DNA of 64,000 bases, taken from NCBI RefSeq assembly GCF_934668725.1, contig NZ_CAKUOF010000017.1, forward strand, positions 3,336 to 67,335, in the 5' to 3' direction. This document shows positions 9,931 through 20,234 of this stretch, piece by piece (the first letter of the stretch is position 1; every line of letters begins with the position of its first letter). The notes under the pieces were generated by a model. It was not told where the DNA came from and did no database searches. It saw only the letters and a program-made list of their open reading frames with translations. Position numbers and translations under genes: made by a program. The stretch is from an uncultured Dysgonomonas sp. GTDB lineage: Bacteria; Bacteroidota; Bacteroidia; Bacteroidales; Dysgonomonadaceae.

Positions 9931-11154
9931 ATGGAGGATACTGAAATTATTTTAGTACGCATATCGGGACAAGACCGTCCGGGTGTGACCACTGCTTTAA
10001 CAGCAATATTAGGACATTACAATGCCACTATACTTGATCTCGGACAGGCAAATATACATCATTCGCTTTCGTTAGCAATAATGTTTGAGTCTCAAACCGA
10101 AAAATCAGGATATATTCTTAAAGATCTATTATTTAAGGCTGACGAACTAGGTGTTAATGTCAGATTCTCTCACTTGAGTAAAGAAGCTTATTCTACTTGG
10201 GTAAATCTTCAAGGAAAAAATCGTTATACTGTTACTATTTTAGGACGTGAGCTAAATGCCACACATATATCCATAGTAACACAAGTATTATTGGATAATA
10301 AACTTAACATTGAGAAGATCACACGTCTGACTTCTCGCATTCCATTGAATAAGAAAGATAGAATCGGTCGGTCTTGTATCGAATTATCGGTTCGTGGAAC
10401 TATAGAACATTTTAAGGAACTGCAAAAAACATTCCTTACTCTTTCTGCAAAATATCAAATTGATATTGCTTTCCAAGAAGAGAGTATGTATCGCCGAATG
10501 CGCCGTTTAATATGCTTCGATATGGATTCAACTCTTATCCAAACAGAGGTTATAGATGAACTTGCCGATCGTGCAGGTGTAGGAGAGGAAGTAAGAGCTA
10601 TTACCGAGTCGGCCATGAGAGGAGAAATAGACTTTTCGGAAAGCTTCAAAAGAAGAGTCAGTCTTTTGAAAGGGTTAGATGAATCAGTCATGAAAGAAAT
10701 TGCCGAAAATCTACCTATAACAGAAGGAATGACCCGATTAGTACGTATTTTGAAAAAGAGTGGATACAAGATAGCTATCCTTTCGGGTGGATTTACTTAT
10801 TTTGGTAATCACTTAAAAGAAAAATACGGGTTTGACTATGTATATGCCAACGAATTGGAAATTGAAGACGGCAAACTTACAGGAAAACATGTTGGGGATA
10901 TTGTAGATGGTAAACGTAAAGCCGAACTGTTACGTTTAATTGCTCAAGTCGAAAAAGTAGATTTAAAACAAACAGTAGCCGTAGGCGATGGAGCAAATGA
11001 TTTACAAATGTTGGCCACTGCCGGATTAGGAATTGCTTTCCATGCAAAACCTAAAGTTAAAGAGAATGCGCAACAATCTTTATCTACTGTAGGACTCGAT
11101 GGTATATTGTATTTCTTGGGATACAGAGATTCAATGCTTGAAGGAGATTATTAA
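9931..11154 (+). CDS. serB: phosphoserine phosphatase with N-terminal ACT domains
   Basis: HAD motif I (FDMDSTLIQTEVIDELA) and motif IV (VGDGANDLQML). N-terminal ~180 aa are ACT-like. Confidence 0.85.
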   Translation: MEDTEIILVRISGQDRPGVTTALTAILGHYNATILDLGQANIHHSLSLAIMFESQTEKSGYILKDLLFKADELGVNVRFSHLSKEAYSTWVNLQGKNRYTVTILGRELNATHISIVTQVLLDNKLNIEKITRLTSRIPLNKKDRIGRSCIELSVRGTIEHFKELQKTFLTLSAKYQIDIAFQEESMYRRMRRLICFDMDSTLIQTEVIDELADRAGVGEEVRAITESAMRGEIDFSESFKRRVSLLKGLDESVMKEIAENLPITEGMTRLVRILKKSGYKIAILSGGFTYFGNHLKEKYGFDYVYANELEIEDGKLTGKHVGDIVDGKRKAELLRLIAQVEKVDLKQTVAVGDGANDLQMLATAGLGIAFHAKPKVKENAQQSLSTVGLDGILYFLGYRDSMLEGDY

Positions 11155-11170
11155 AAAGTAATCAAATATA

Positions 11171-11208
11171 AAAACAAAGTCCCGAAGATTTCCGGGACTT
11201 TGTTTTTG
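11171..11208. terminator. bidirectional rho-independent terminator between convergent serB and the PL8 lyase gene
   Basis: Stem caaagtcccg (11175-11184) pairs with cgggactttg (11193-11202). It is flanked by AAAA upstream and TTTTT downstream. Confidence 0.7.
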
Positions 11209-11218
11209 GATATAGACT

Positions 11219-14200
11219 TTATTTGACCATTAATTTTATACTTTCATTTAATTCAGGATTCATATTATCCTTGATTGATAATATAAATACTCCTGATGGT
11301 AACCTGGAAGAATTAATAGAATGGTCTTTCGTTATAACTTGCGTACGACCTGACATATCTATAATTCTAATCTCAGCAGTATTGGTTTGTATCGGAAAAT
11401 CTATAAATAATATATCTCCTCGTAATACAGGATTAGGATATATCACAGTATTTGTTTTTATTTCACTAATAGTTTCAATTGATCTGAGTGTAGATGCTAA
11501 TGTCTTAAACCTGACCAATAATTTAGGATGTTTATTTACATCGGATGATTCTTTCGAATAGAATTGTGCATCCGTTTTTCCATCACTTCCTTTAGTTGTT
11601 GATGAAACATGTAATGAAATGACTCTGTTACCTTTCTTATATTCAGACTTAAGATATTCCGTAATATCAAAAAGCACATCATTCCCTGCAGGTAAACCAT
11701 TAGCAGAAGAAATAACTGCTCCTAAAGCAGATGGCCTGTTTGTCCACGTTAAGGTTGACTCTGTCCATATATTTGCTACCGGTATAATTTGCCAACTGGT
11801 GCTTTGGATAGAAGTATTAGCGTACGATACAGACAATTTTAAGGAGACATTATCTATTTCATCAAAACTGGTATTTTCGAGATTAAATTTAAAATAAACT
11901 TCCCGATTATAACCGTCGCCATCTTTTTTAATTGTCAAAGTATTTGTCGCCCCATAATTTGTATTTGCAAAAGTACCATCTCTTACCCAGGCATCTTCGA
12001 CAGCAGTAAATTCGGACGATTCCATATTACTTTCTCCTTTTTCCTGTAACATTAATTGTGGAGCCTTAAGAGGATCACTTCCTTCTTTGGAATAGAATTG
12101 TGCATCCGTTTTTCCATCAGTTCCTCTGGTTATAGATGAAATATGTAAACTTAAGGTTTTACTATTATTCTTAATTTCACTCAATACAGCCTGAGTTATA
12201 TCCACCATAATATTCGATCCGGCAGTAACCGTCGGAACTGTCGTTATTATATTAGCAGTGGCAGGTCTATTATTCCATGTTATACTTTTCTCGCTCCATG
12301 TATTATCAGCGACATATCCTATATTCCACTGAGTATCATGAATTGATGTATTAGAGTTTGCTACATACAGTGCTAAAAATATATTTTGATATTTATTTAT
12401 ATCGATATTCTGTAAATCGAATTTAATATAAGCTTCGCGATTATAGCCATCTCCATCTTTTTTCACAACTAAAGTATTGGTTGTTCCATAATTCGTATTT
12501 GCATAATCTCCATCTCTTACCCAAGAGTCTTCTATTGCATAAATATATTTATACTTAACTGAAATATATTCCGGAGTTTCTTCATTTACAACATATCTGT
12601 AAGTAGATCCGGCATAAGGATCAGGATACTTAGGTAATGTACACTTCAACTCTTTAGTTCCTTCTACAATGGGAAATTGGGTTCGTAAAGTAATGTTAGA
12701 CTGCACTCTCGATGGATCTGAAATATGAAGTTCAACCTCAGATGTTCCTATATTTTTAACTATTAAGGCACATCCCCTGTCTGCATAAATTGAAATATCG
12801 CCTTCTGTAAATGTGGCAGCCTTATAAAAAATCAAACTTAAAATATTCAACCCTTTATGTCTTACGACCTGGACCGAATCTGTATTTGCCAATATCTCAA
12901 TATCAGCATTAGAATAGGCATTCATTTCTGCTGATGTAGTTTTATTAGGAACAACGATATATGCATAACTCCCCCCACTTGGTTTTAGTCCATGATTAAA
13001 CCACATTTTAAATACCTCTTTTGTAATCATCTCATCAGAAGAAGGGGTATTAATCGATTTCCATGTTCCAGTCTGGTTTTGATTAGTGATAGAAATATTT
13101 CCCCCTTGAGGAAAAATATAACCTACCCCATTGTGTAAGACCCATGACAGACCTTCATAATTATGTGAACCTTTAGATAAAATAGTTTCAGCTCCATTTG
13201 TATTGGCAATCACACTTCCTTGAAGCAGACTTTGATTAAGTGTTGTATTTATTGCCTGTGATGCCGTTGATGTTATACCTGCTCCAAGGCAAACAACCTC
13301 ATTGTCAAAAAAGAACCATGATTTTTTAGCTGTTGTATTAATATTGTAATTGTTATCATTCAACCAATAAGTACTTGCACCATATTTTCCATCGGAAACC
13401 CCTCCGGCAAAAACACTTGTACCCAGCTGCCCCCATTGTGCCGGTTTGGGTATAGAGGTTAAAGATGGCGCTGTTACACCGGGTATTTTCGCCCAATCCC
13501 ATACAGGAAAAATATCTACATATTCATCACCATTAATAGCAATATCAGTTGCTCCGTCTGTAAGGAAGTATCCTTTAAGGTTTTCTTCATTGCCATTCTC
13601 ATTCCTACATGTATATTTCGATGCAGTTCGTACATCGAAGGTATAACCTGAACGTTGATGCAATGTATAATCAGACCGCCAAAAATGAGTATTCGATGGC
13701 TTCAGTCCATATCCGGGGGACTCTGTTCCTCTTAAGCGCTTTACTGCTGCATCATATTCCTCTGTATTCGCAGGATCAAGTGCAATCATCCGATTCACAA
13801 CTGTTGCAAAACCTGATTGACTAAGACCGTTTTTACGGCTCACTCCACGTCCCAGTACATTATAAAGAAAATATTTTCCTCTCAAGATCGGTAAATAAAT
13901 ATTTCTCATGAATTTACTTAGTAGCTCCAATTTCTCTCCAGACAGAGCATAAGGCGTATTTACCATATATTCGGCAATACTTGATATACCATTCACAAAT
14001 ACATGGCCGTAACCTCCCACATATAACTGATTACCATGCTGCTGATACGAGAAGTCATGTTGAAGTCCCTCTCCTGTTGTCAAAAATATAGGAAAATATA
14101 CTTGATCTGCCCCAAAAGATAATACAGCGGTATCTTTGGTCAAACACCCCCTATATATCCAATGTGTAGCAATATCCAGTTTATTAGCTCCGGTTCCTTG

Positions 14201-14785
14201 TGAACCGGGCTCATCAGGTTTTCCCCCTTCACTTTTCATACGATTTATCAGTTTATTTTCCAGGTCTGCCGGTAATGACTGCGCTCCTGAACGCATAAGA
14301 ATCAACATAACACCCATTCGCTGAGGACAAGCAATCTTTTGCTGATACCAATTGGTACTTAAAGGATGTTTATCATACCAAAAACCGAGCATCTTTACAA
14401 TCGTATTATAAACGGTCGTATCCCCCCAGTATTTGCTATTAGTCATTGTGTAAGCAAGTACCATGCTCTTCATCCTGTCTAAGTGCCCAATCGGTTTCCA
14501 ATCAGTCTGGGCATTATCTGCATAATCAATATCCGGAAAAGAACCATCTTCCTGTATAACGGACAAATAATAAGTAGTATTATTTTCCATAGTCGCCACA
14601 TTAACACTTTTATGAGCAGATTGAATGCGACCCATAATTACATCAAATACATCAGCCGTTATACCATCTGATGCTTGATTCTGGGATGCATAAAGCCCAT
14701 CAAAAGATGTTAATCCAATAAGTAGAATAAAAAAATTCAGCCAATTCCTATTCACATAGAAATGCTTTTTAATAATGTTTTTCAT
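11219..14785 (-). CDS. secreted PL8-family polysaccharide lyase (hyaluronate/chondroitin AC lyase-like) with two tandem ~180-aa accessory domains and a T9SS C-terminal sorting domain
   Basis: Start taken at the ATG at 14785 (MKNIIKKHF...LLIGLTSFDGLYASQ signal peptide). QQHGNQLYVGGYG has the His-x8-Tyr spacing of the PL8 catalytic pair (compare hyaluronate lyase IDHTNVAYTGAYG). Two repeats follow (SWVRDGDYANTNYGTTNTLVVKKDGDGYNREAYIKFDL and AWVRDGTFANTNYGATNTLTIKKDGDGYNREVYFKFNL). The last ~80 aa (IYPNPVLRGDILFIDF...FILSIKD...IKLMVK) form a T9SS CTD. Confidence 0.65.
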   Translation of the reverse strand: MKNIIKKHFYVNRNWLNFFILLIGLTSFDGLYASQNQASDGITADVFDVIMGRIQSAHKSVNVATMENNTTYYLSVIQEDGSFPDIDYADNAQTDWKPIGHLDRMKSMVLAYTMTNSKYWGDTTVYNTIVKMLGFWYDKHPLSTNWYQQKIACPQRMGVMLILMRSGAQSLPADLENKLINRMKSEGGKPDEPGSQGTGANKLDIATHWIYRGCLTKDTAVLSFGADQVYFPIFLTTGEGLQHDFSYQQHGNQLYVGGYGHVFVNGISSIAEYMVNTPYALSGEKLELLSKFMRNIYLPILRGKYFLYNVLGRGVSRKNGLSQSGFATVVNRMIALDPANTEEYDAAVKRLRGTESPGYGLKPSNTHFWRSDYTLHQRSGYTFDVRTASKYTCRNENGNEENLKGYFLTDGATDIAINGDEYVDIFPVWDWAKIPGVTAPSLTSIPKPAQWGQLGTSVFAGGVSDGKYGASTYWLNDNNYNINTTAKKSWFFFDNEVVCLGAGITSTASQAINTTLNQSLLQGSVIANTNGAETILSKGSHNYEGLSWVLHNGVGYIFPQGGNISITNQNQTGTWKSINTPSSDEMITKEVFKMWFNHGLKPSGGSYAYIVVPNKTTSAEMNAYSNADIEILANTDSVQVVRHKGLNILSLIFYKAATFTEGDISIYADRGCALIVKNIGTSEVELHISDPSRVQSNITLRTQFPIVEGTKELKCTLPKYPDPYAGSTYRYVVNEETPEYISVKYKYIYAIEDSWVRDGDYANTNYGTTNTLVVKKDGDGYNREAYIKFDLQNIDINKYQNIFLALYVANSNTSIHDTQWNIGYVADNTWSEKSITWNNRPATANIITTVPTVTAGSNIMVDITQAVLSEIKNNSKTLSLHISSITRGTDGKTDAQFYSKEGSDPLKAPQLMLQEKGESNMESSEFTAVEDAWVRDGTFANTNYGATNTLTIKKDGDGYNREVYFKFNLENTSFDEIDNVSLKLSVSYANTSIQSTSWQIIPVANIWTESTLTWTNRPSALGAVISSANGLPAGNDVLFDITEYLKSEYKKGNRVISLHVSSTTKGSDGKTDAQFYSKESSDVNKHPKLLVRFKTLASTLRSIETISEIKTNTVIYPNPVLRGDILFIDFPIQTNTAEIRIIDMSGRTQVITKDHSINSSRLPSGVFILSIKDNMNPELNESIKLMVK
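11560..12620. repeat. intragenic tandem duplication (~530 bp x 2) inside the PL8 lyase gene
   Basis: DNA-level similarity is visible: 11557-11620 gaatagaattgtgcatccgtttttccatcacttcc... versus 12089-12150 gaatagaattgtgcatccgtttttccatcagttcc.... Likewise 11880-12000 versus 12420-12540 (ttataaccgtcgccatcttttttaattgtcaaagtatt versus ttatagccatctccatcttttttcacaactaaagtatt). The two units encode the two WVRDG...ANTNYG...DGDGYNRE domains. Confidence 0.8.
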
Positions 14786-14910
14786 GTTCCTAAATTTAAA
14801 GTTTGTAATTCTGTGTACAGTTAAGCTCTGTAATACGTTCAAAATATAGTATATTATACCCATACCGCAATGCTTATTCTTTAATTTAACACTTACATCA
14901 ATTACGAATA

Positions 14911-14952
14911 CATAAAAAAACTAGCCCTACTTCCTTTCAGAAGCAGGGCTAG
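14911..14952 (-). terminator. rho-independent terminator of nrdJ
   Basis: Stem ctagccct (14921-14928) pairs with agggctag (14945-14952), with an inner cttc/gaag pair. The A7 run at 14914-14920 gives a U-tract on the minus-strand transcript. Confidence 0.7.
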
Positions 14953-14990
14953 AGACAATATGTTAAATTAATATCTGGATCAATTCAAAA

Positions 14991-17528
14991 TTAACCGCAT
15001 TTAGATGCACCACAATTACTACATTTCAGGCATCCCTCCTGATAAACTAAGGTCTCTTGTTCACAAACAGGACATTTTTGACCTTTCAATTCAGCACCAT
15101 TAGGAAGATACTTTTTCAAAGCTCTCTCAACCCCATTCTTCCATGTATTAATTGTTTCACTATCCAACTCTAAACCTTGTACCAGTTTAATAACCTGATC
15201 GATTGGCATACCATATCGTAATACGCCCGAAATCAATTTAGCATAATTCCAATACTCAGGATTAAATTTACTATTCAAACCTTCAATTGTAGTTTTATAG
15301 CCTCTCTTGTTCTTAAATTGGAAGTCATAACTGCGCTCTCCTTCATCATCAGTACTTTTAATGATAGCACCCTTACTTACTTGCTTGGGTAGCATAATCC
15401 CCTCATCTTCATCATTAAGACCTGTAAATATCTCATAAGGACGCCCATCTAAAAGCCCTATAAATGCAATCCATTTTTCTTTATTATTTTGGAATCGGAT
15501 TACATCTGCCTCTAGTTCCTTCGGACGAGAAGTCACCAAGATCGGACGTTCGTAACATTCTTCCTCTTTGGCTTTTTTATCATCTGCGGCCAATAATACA
15601 CCAGCACGAGAGCCGTCTCTGTAAACAGTACAACCTTTACATCCACTCTTCCAAGCCTCTATATATAGTGTATTTACCAATTCTTCTGAAACATCCGATG
15701 GTAAATTTATAGTTACACTAATCGAGTGGTCAACCCACTTTTGAATACGACCTTGCATTTTCACTTTTTGTAACCAATCTACATCATTAGATGTTGCTTT
15801 ATAATAAGGAGACTGAGCCACTAATTGATCTAACTCTTCTGATGTATATTTTTTAGTTACAGAGTGTCCTTTCGCCTCCATCCAGGTAACAAATTTGTGG
15901 TGGAATACAATATATTCCTCCCATGAATCACCATTCTCATCAACAAAGTCAACTTTTACTTGTACATCATTGGGATTCACTTTACGACGACGTTTATATA
16001 CAGGCAGGAATACAGGCTCAATACCCGACGACGATTGTGTCATCAAGCTGGTTGTTCCTGTTGGAGCTACTGTAAGACAGGCAATATTACGACGACCATA
16101 CTTTTCCATTTCAGTATAAAGAGTCGGATCTTCTGCACACAATCTATTAATAAACGGATTATTTTTTTCTCTTTCAATATCAAAGATTTCAAAAGCGCCA
16201 CGTTCTTTAGCCAAATTAACTGATGCACGATAAGCAGCAATAGCTAAAGTACGATGTACTTCTTCTGCAAAAGCTGTAGCTTCTTCTGTTCCATAACGAA
16301 GATTCATTGCTGCAATCATATCACCTTCAGCAGTTATACCTACACCGGTTCTGCGGCCTTGCAATGTTTTTTTGCGGATTTTCTCCCACAAGTGTCTTTC
16401 TGTTTGTTTTACTTCGTCAACTTCAGGATCTTCATCTATTTTCGATAGAATGTTATCAATTTTTTCTGTTTCAAGATCAATAATATCATCCATAATGCGT
16501 TGAGCCAATGCTACATGTTTTTTGAATAATTCAAAATCAAAATAAGCATCGTCAGTAAATGGATTAACGACATATGAGTATAAGTTAATCGCCAGCAAAC
16601 GACAGCTATCATAAGGACAAAGAGGTATCTCACCACATGGATTAGTAGATACTGTGCGGAAACCTAAATCAGCATAACAATCCGGCACAGATTCTCTGAT
16701 AATTGTATCCCAGAATAAAACTCCCGGCTCTGCCGATCTCCAAGCATTGTGTACTATTTTTTCCCACAATCGCGAAGCATCTATCTCTTTTGTTGTAGTA
16801 GGATCGTTTGATATAACAGGGTATTGTTGAGTATAAGTTGTTCCATCAACAACAGCCTGCATAAAATCATCATCAATTTTAACGGAAACATTTGCACCTG
16901 TAACTTTTCCTTCTACCATTTTTGCATCGATGAAAGATTCGGCATCAGGATGCTTAATAGAAACACTTAGCATTAAAGCTCCACGACGACCATCTTGTGC
17001 AACTTCGCGGGTAGAATTTGAATACCTCTCCATGAATGGAACCAAACCGGTTGAAGTTAATGCTGAATTCTTAACAGGAGAGCCTTTGGGACGAATATGA
17101 GAAAGGTCATGTCCTACCCCTCCTCTACGCTTCATTAATTGAACCTGTTCTTGATCGATATGCATAATTGCACCATATGAATCAGCAGAACCATCAATCC
17201 CTATCACAAAACAGTTAGAAAGAGAAGCTATTTGAAAATCGTTGCCAATACCTGTCATCGGACTACCTTGAGGTACAATATACTTAAACTGATCAAATAA
17301 GTCATATAGTTCCTGGCTTGTAAGTCCGTTTTCATATTTCTTCTCGATACGAGCGATTTCATTGGCTAACCGCCAATGCATATCTTCCGGCGAATGCTCA
17401 TAAATATTACCTGCAGCATCTTTTAATGCATACTTATTGACCCAAACCTTAGCAGCCAGTTCATCTCCTTTAAAGTAAGCCAGCGCTGCTTCACAAGCTT
17501 CATCAAAAGTGTAGATTTTTTGTTCCAT
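14991..17528 (-). CDS. nrdJ: adenosylcobalamin-dependent ribonucleoside-triphosphate/diphosphate reductase (class II RNR)
   Basis: 845 aa. The N-terminus (MEQKIYTFDEACEAALAYF) and the active-site cysteine regions (NPCGEIPL) are class II RNR-like. A C-terminal Cys4 zinc ribbon (CPVCEQETLVYQEGCLKCSNC) is present. Confidence 0.85.
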   Translation of the reverse strand: MEQKIYTFDEACEAALAYFKGDELAAKVWVNKYALKDAAGNIYEHSPEDMHWRLANEIARIEKKYENGLTSQELYDLFDQFKYIVPQGSPMTGIGNDFQIASLSNCFVIGIDGSADSYGAIMHIDQEQVQLMKRRGGVGHDLSHIRPKGSPVKNSALTSTGLVPFMERYSNSTREVAQDGRRGALMLSVSIKHPDAESFIDAKMVEGKVTGANVSVKIDDDFMQAVVDGTTYTQQYPVISNDPTTTKEIDASRLWEKIVHNAWRSAEPGVLFWDTIIRESVPDCYADLGFRTVSTNPCGEIPLCPYDSCRLLAINLYSYVVNPFTDDAYFDFELFKKHVALAQRIMDDIIDLETEKIDNILSKIDEDPEVDEVKQTERHLWEKIRKKTLQGRRTGVGITAEGDMIAAMNLRYGTEEATAFAEEVHRTLAIAAYRASVNLAKERGAFEIFDIEREKNNPFINRLCAEDPTLYTEMEKYGRRNIACLTVAPTGTTSLMTQSSSGIEPVFLPVYKRRRKVNPNDVQVKVDFVDENGDSWEEYIVFHHKFVTWMEAKGHSVTKKYTSEELDQLVAQSPYYKATSNDVDWLQKVKMQGRIQKWVDHSISVTINLPSDVSEELVNTLYIEAWKSGCKGCTVYRDGSRAGVLLAADDKKAKEEECYERPILVTSRPKELEADVIRFQNNKEKWIAFIGLLDGRPYEIFTGLNDEDEGIMLPKQVSKGAIIKSTDDEGERSYDFQFKNKRGYKTTIEGLNSKFNPEYWNYAKLISGVLRYGMPIDQVIKLVQGLELDSETINTWKNGVERALKKYLPNGAELKGQKCPVCEQETLVYQEGCLKCSNCGASKCG

Positions 17529-17839
17529 TTTGAGGATATTCTTTAATTTGAAATTCTATTCTAATCTTCTTTATTTTTCAGCAACACAAAACTACCGAGT
17601 AATAACGAATGTTACAAATTTTAAAACAATTTGTTTTCAACAAAGTTCAATATTTCCCAAAATAAAAAATAAACAACTGAAATATAGTAATTTAAAAAAT
17701 ACTATCTGTTAAAAAGTTTTCCAAAATAAAATTACAATAAATTTGGTTCTGTTATATTTTTTAATACTAGACCATTCTATCAGCATAATAAAATTATTGG
17801 ATTTGAGATAATATTTTTTATTTTTCTTATAAAAAACAA

Positions 17840-17876
17840 ATAAAAAAAACCCTGTCTAAAATGAATCGGACAGGGC
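17840..17876 (-). terminator. rho-independent terminator of the CoA-transferase gene
   Basis: Stem ccctgtc (17850-17856) pairs with gacaggg (17869-17875). The A8 run at 17842-17849 gives a U-tract on the minus strand. Confidence 0.7.
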
Positions 17877-17933
17877 TATATTATTTTAATAAAACTAATT
17901 ATATCAAGACATATAATCTAAATTATATCAATT

Positions 17934-19421
17934 TTATTTCTTTTCCCATTTTGTGTTACGCATATCTCCTGTTTCTGTAAAAGCTTTGTGAAAAGCAAAA
18001 CAGTTATACATATCAAAAGGAGTCTGCCCTTTAGGTGCATTTGCAATATATTCACGCAACAAAGGTCTGTAATCCGGATGGGCACATTTCTCTATAATTT
18101 CATGAGCGCGCTCTAATGGAGATTTTCCACGTAAATCAGCAACACCATATTCTGAAATAATAATTTTCACAGAGTGTTCACTATGGTCTTCATGGGATAC
18201 CAAAGGAACAAAAGCACTGATTTTACCATCTTTTGCAGTAGAAGGTGTTACAAATACCGAAACATAAGCACCTCTTGTAAAGTCGCCCGATCCACCGATA
18301 CCGTTCATCATTTTAGTCCCCATAACATGAGTTGAGTTGATATTTCCAAAAATATCAGCTTCCAACGCTGTATTTATGGCAATGATACCTAAACGACGAA
18401 CTATTTCTTGATTATTTGAAATTTCAGAAGGACGAAGAACAGTTCTTTCTTTAAAGAAGTCCAAATTTTTATATATTTTCTCAATACAAGGATTACTTAC
18501 AGTTAAAGAGCATCCACTTGCAAATTTAATACGACCTGATTCCATCAAATCGATAACCGCATCCTGAATCACCTCAGTGTAAACCTCAAAATCAGGAATT
18601 TCTTTACTCTCTCCCATTGCTGCTAATACAGCATTTGCAATATTACCTACACCAGACTGAATCGGAAGGAATGATTTAGGCATACGTCCCTCGGCCATCT
18701 CTTTAATAAAGAAGTTGGCTACATTATTACCAATCTGAGTAGTCACTTCATCAACAGGAGCAAATCCTCCACCTTCGTTAGGTGTATTAGATTTTACTAC
18801 AATAATCTTGCTTGGATCTACTTTTATATGATCTTTACCGATTCTATCACGCACCGAATAAATAGGAATCTCTCCACGGTGAGGAGGGTCTTGTAATTCT
18901 ACAATATCATGCATACCGCGCATCTCTTTCGGATTCCATGTATTCAACTCCACAATAACCATTTTTGCCAGACGGGCTACTGTAGGAGAAATACCAACTC
19001 CACAGGTTGGAACTATTTCACCATCCTCTGTCACATCACAAGCTTCAATTATCGCGACATCAACCCCACCCAAAAATCCATAACGTATTTCTTGTGCTAA
19101 TGAAGAAAGGTGCATATCAAAATAAGGAACTTCTCCCGAATTGATTGCATTTCTTAAATCTTTATTTGTCTGATAAGGTGTACGGAATTTGATTGCATGT
19201 GCCCTTGCCAAAGCTCCATCAAGCATATCGCCAGTAGAGGCACCTGTAAACATTCCAATCTTAAACGGATTACCCTTTGCATGCTCTTCTTCTGCAAATT
19301 TAGCTAAAGCTGTAGGTACAATTTTGGGACATCCGGCATGTGTAAAACCACTAAAGCCGACATTGTCATCATTTTTGACAAGGCGTACCGCCTCATCTGC
19401 ACTCATAAATTTTAATGCCAT
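17934..19421 (-). CDS. acetyl-CoA hydrolase/transferase family protein (succinate/propionate CoA-transferase, ScpC/Cat1-like)
   Basis: 495 aa. Length and motifs (GIGGSGDF, conserved catalytic Glu region) match the AcetylCoA_hydro/transf family. Confidence 0.8.
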   Translation of the reverse strand: MALKFMSADEAVRLVKNDDNVGFSGFTHAGCPKIVPTALAKFAEEEHAKGNPFKIGMFTGASTGDMLDGALARAHAIKFRTPYQTNKDLRNAINSGEVPYFDMHLSSLAQEIRYGFLGGVDVAIIEACDVTEDGEIVPTCGVGISPTVARLAKMVIVELNTWNPKEMRGMHDIVELQDPPHRGEIPIYSVRDRIGKDHIKVDPSKIIVVKSNTPNEGGGFAPVDEVTTQIGNNVANFFIKEMAEGRMPKSFLPIQSGVGNIANAVLAAMGESKEIPDFEVYTEVIQDAVIDLMESGRIKFASGCSLTVSNPCIEKIYKNLDFFKERTVLRPSEISNNQEIVRRLGIIAINTALEADIFGNINSTHVMGTKMMNGIGGSGDFTRGAYVSVFVTPSTAKDGKISAFVPLVSHEDHSEHSVKIIISEYGVADLRGKSPLERAHEIIEKCAHPDYRPLLREYIANAPKGQTPFDMYNCFAFHKAFTETGDMRNTKWEKK

Positions 19422-19457
19422 TTCTTTATATAATTGATTATAATTTGTTCCAAGTGA

Positions 19458-19874
19458 TTAGTATTTTCTCTCGAAGATAAGTGTGTGGATAAAAGCTCTT
19501 TTATAATCCTCTGTTGTATTCAACTTTAAATCAAACGATTCCTCAACAACATTTTCGTCTTTCTTAAAGTGCTCATCATCTGTAAAATTCACTTTAGACT
19601 GAAGATCAATATGCTGCTGAACAGCCGAAACCCCTTCTTCTACAAAAACATATCCAATAGATTGTGATGAATATGTATTCAGATATTCGGAATTACTTGT
19701 ACTTTCAACTACTTGTTGGGGTTTTGAGAAAAGCGCAGGCACTGAAGAGATAATCGGACGTACCGGTTGAGAAAGAGTCCTTTCTTTATTTTTTTTAGCT
19801 TCTTTTTGATAAGTTCGTACAATATTTACAATTACAATAACTGCAACTATTACATATACGATTACATTTTCCAT
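19458..19874 (-). CDS. hypothetical single-pass membrane protein
   Basis: Start taken at the ATG at 19874 (MENVIVYVIVAVIVIVNIV TM helix); the ORF track begins at 19883 via TTG. The product is a hydrophilic acidic tail. Not recognised as any known family. It lies 36 nt from the upstream gene on the same strand. Confidence 0.3.
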   Translation of the reverse strand: MENVIVYVIVAVIVIVNIVRTYQKEAKKNKERTLSQPVRPIISSVPALFSKPQQVVESTSNSEYLNTYSSQSIGYVFVEEGVSAVQQHIDLQSKVNFTDDEHFKKDENVVEESFDLKLNTTEDYKRAFIHTLIFERKY

Positions 19875-20234
19875 ACAAATCAATCTATATTCTGTTGAGT
19901 ATTTTGCACCTCACAAAGGTACGAATTATGTATTTGAATTTACAACTTTTTGTCAAAAACATTTTCATGGTCAATAATCCTTTATATCTACTTATTATCA
20001 GCAAAAAATGAAGAGATTAGTCGTTCTTTGAATGAACAAAGAAAAACCTTTACTCCTATATAGCATCTTCCATTTATCTCAAGTAAATTCACATTATCTC
20101 AGCTATTAAATCCATATAAATAAACTACCTTTACAAAATGAGCATGTATATTTGCATACATTAGAATATAAATTAGAATCATTTTCGTATATTAAACACA
20201 TCATTCTCATAAACCAACTATAAGAATAAATAAA

